Below, piece by piece: positions 62,101 to 64,000 of a DNA stretch of 64,000 bases. Source of the DNA: an uncultured Armatimonadia bacterium (GTDB taxonomy: Bacteria; Armatimonadota; Zipacnadia; CAVVLO01); the NCBI GenBank assembly GCA_963749155.1, contig CAVVLO010000003.1, positions 288,001-352,000 of the forward strand, read 5' to 3'. Each line of letters begins with the position of its first letter. Position 1 is the first letter of the stretch. The notes below the pieces were generated by a model, which was given only the letters and a program-made list of their open reading frames with translations, had not been told where the DNA came from and made no database searches. The position numbers were made by a program, and so were the translations under genes.

Positions 62101-62639
62101 GAGTAGGGAGCTTCAGTGACCCATTCCGCTTTGTGGTCGGCATCGCCCTGGTCGTGGGTCCAGCCAACAGGAATAACGCCTGACCCGCCTTCCACCCCTC
62201 CATTGACCAGCCCCGAGCGCCCTGTGAAGAAGTCGGGGACTGCCCAGGCAGCGCTATTGTCGAAATAGAGCCAGCAGGTGGTAGTGGCGTTGGGTTCGCC
62301 CACAGCGGGAACAAGCAGCCTCATCCCAGGCTGGACGAGGCCTTCTCGGATGGGCGCACCGGTGGGGGTCGTGAGCTCCCAGAGCAGTTCGACACCGAGT
62401 TCGCTAACGAGGCGAAGTTCCTGGACACGGGCGCCAGCGATGGGGAGCTCGCCCTGACCGGTGCCGACTGTCAGCTCTGTGGCAACGCCAGCGAGGGGCT
62501 TCTCCCCAGGATTGGTGAAGGTGATGGGTACCCTTGCCCGCCAGTAATCGCCCCCGCCGACATACAGGTTGGTGTGCCAGGTGGGCGCGGCGGAAAGGAA
62601 GCTGCCCAGCAGCAGCAAGAGGCAGGCGAGGATACGCAT
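59119..62639 (-). CDS. Large secreted protein: two CBM4/9-like modules + GH123/DUF4091-like catalytic region (frame break near 60180)
   Basis: LVNGGVE and LARNASFE modules; ARNEAEPLQL, WPDPL, APGNYTG, YISDEP, NGDGFLIYPG, SIRLEAAREGVED. Confidence 0.8.
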
Positions 62640-62732
62640 AGTGATACCTCCCAGTATCGGCTGCAGAAAAACTTCGACCCGGCAAGAGTAGAACCTGCCG
62701 GTTTGCGCTCCTGTTAGCGCTACGGCAGTCCA

Positions 62733-63164
62733 CTAGTGGGGGGGTGGGGGCGATGCCCCCACGCTTTTACGTCTTGGAACTTCAGCCTTTTGCCGTTCCC
62801 TTCAAAAAGGCGGGTGCAGCCCGCCCTTGCCTTTCGACCTACCGCTTCAGCCTTTTGCTGTTCCCTAAAAAAGGCAGGCGCAGCCTGCCCTTGGCTTTTT
62901 TGTTTAATAAAACAGGTTTCGGGAGCGGAGACTCCCGAAACACGTAGCCGAAGGAGCAGTGCACCCCTTCCTTTTGATGTATCGGGAGCTTGTTCCCGAT
63001 ACCTGCTGCGCGCTAATCTAGTGTTTCGGGAGTCTTCGCTCCCGAAACCTGCTGTGCAAGAGCTAAAAGCCAGGCGGGCTGTGCCCGCCATTATTTTTGG
63101 AAAAGCATAAGGCTGAAATTCCACGGCGAAAGGCATGGGGGCATCGCCCCCACACCCCCGCTAG
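62733..63164. mobile_element. MITE/REPIN-like element with ~92-bp imperfect terminal inverted arms, CTAG at both ends
   Basis: 62733-62826 aligns with the reverse complement of 63073-63164. An inverted pair of GTTTCGGGAG..CTCCCGAAAC flanks a central GTATCGGGAGCTTGTTCCCGATAC. Confidence 0.72.
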
Positions 63165-63176
63165 TTTACTCTTACG

Positions 63177-64000
63177 CTACTGCTCCCGATATACGTAAGC
63201 GAACCGGCCCGTCGGAGCTGTGTCGCCATTGATCAGCCAGTCCTCCGCCGTGTTCTCCTGCATGTTGTCCGACCACTTGAACCGGAAATTGAGGGGCCTT
63301 CCTGGCGCCAGACGTAGCGCAGCGCGAGGGATGGCAAGCTCCAACTCGCTTCCCTTGACCTGGAAGGTCACCTCGCCCACCTTCTGCCAGTCCCAGCCCG
63401 TTCTGGTCGCTTCAATCGTTGCCCGGCTCCCGCTCAGCACAGTGCGGTTTATCACGAAATTGAATCCCTGCCAGCCTGTCGCCGGGTCAAGATCGGTGTC
63501 CAGGAAGAGCAACATCCAGTTGGGATCGCTGAAGTGGCTGATGTCTGCGGCGCACTTCGCGTAGAAGTAAAGGTTCTCCTCGTCCTGAGTGACCTTCAAA
63601 ACTTCGAAATCGTTGCGGCCAGTTGCGTTGACGTAGTCGTACCTGCCGAAGCCAATATGGTCGCGGTGGAAGGCGTCGCCCTTGTGGTCGCGATATTCGG
63701 GCATCACCTCTGCCCACTTTTCGAAATTGCCATCCATCGTCATTGACCTCGGCTGGCTAGCGACAGGAGCAGGCCTTGCGCCTTTGAAGCGCCGGATGTT
63801 GTCAACAAGCTGCCAGTAATAGTTGTCAGTGTGACCGCCAAGCATAGGCTCAATGTCGCGGCTGTATTCCTGGCTCCAGGTGTCCACGAAGAAGGACTCC
63901 CCCGCCTTCAGAGGCCGGCCGCACATCGAAAGCTGGCCGTCACGCTCCGTGACGAAGCGCTGGGCCACCCATTCGTTCCAGCCAGTAACGAAAATGAACT
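63177..64000 (-). CDS. C-terminal part of a putative glycoside hydrolase (GH71/99-like catalytic end plus beta-sandwich)
   Basis: FVTGWNEWVAQRF, FVDTWSQEYSRDIEPM, TGRNDF, NWMLLFLDTD, FKWSDN, GDTAPTGRF. Start lies outside the window. Confidence 0.7.
   Translation of the reverse strand, partial: FIFVTGWNEWVAQRFVTERDGQLSMCGRPLKAGESFFVDTWSQEYSRDIEPMLGGHTDNYYWQLVDNIRRFKGARPAPVASQPRSMTMDGNFEKWAEVMPEYRDHKGDAFHRDHIGFGRYDYVNATGRNDFEVLKVTQDEENLYFYAKCAADISHFSDPNWMLLFLDTDLDPATGWQGFNFVINRTVLSGSRATIEATRTGWDWQKVGEVTFQVKGSELELAIPRAALRLAPGRPLNFRFKWSDNMQENTAEDWLINGDTAPTGRFAYVYREQ

Noticed and set aside
8720..63164. Integron attC cassette array
   Set aside because: The elements lack paired RYYYAAC/GTTRRRY cores, flanking genes are not co-oriented cassettes, and no integrase is present.

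Overview
High-GC bacterial window dominated by secreted glycan-foraging enzymes (GH95, GH137-like, two GH140/DUF4038-like, GH29, GH106, DUF4838, GH123/DUF4091-like) plus an M60 peptidase. It also holds an arsenic/thiol-redox cluster (arsR-acr3-arsP-Trx-Trx-ccdA), a DeoR-controlled aminotransferase/SDR/FGGY kinase/amidohydrolase/isomerase operon and a PEP-CTERM protein. Likely conflict or repair genes are a HIRAN-ARPP-1 fusion, a TIR-NACHT-TPR protein with a Nudix-like tail, a Type IIG/ISP-like RM gene with a low-GC core, and a truncated Zn/wHTH nuclease remnant. The most distinctive non-coding signal is a family of about 11 composite palindromic (REP/MITE-like) elements with a conserved module order that usually ends in a GC hairpin, a C-run and CTAG. 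One copy has long terminal inverted arms, and several coincide with gene stop codons. No transposase, tRNA, rRNA or CRISPR array was found. Roughly 18 reading-frame breaks across unrelated genes most likely reflect uncorrected indel errors in the assembly. Family assignments come from motif recognition by eye, not database searches.
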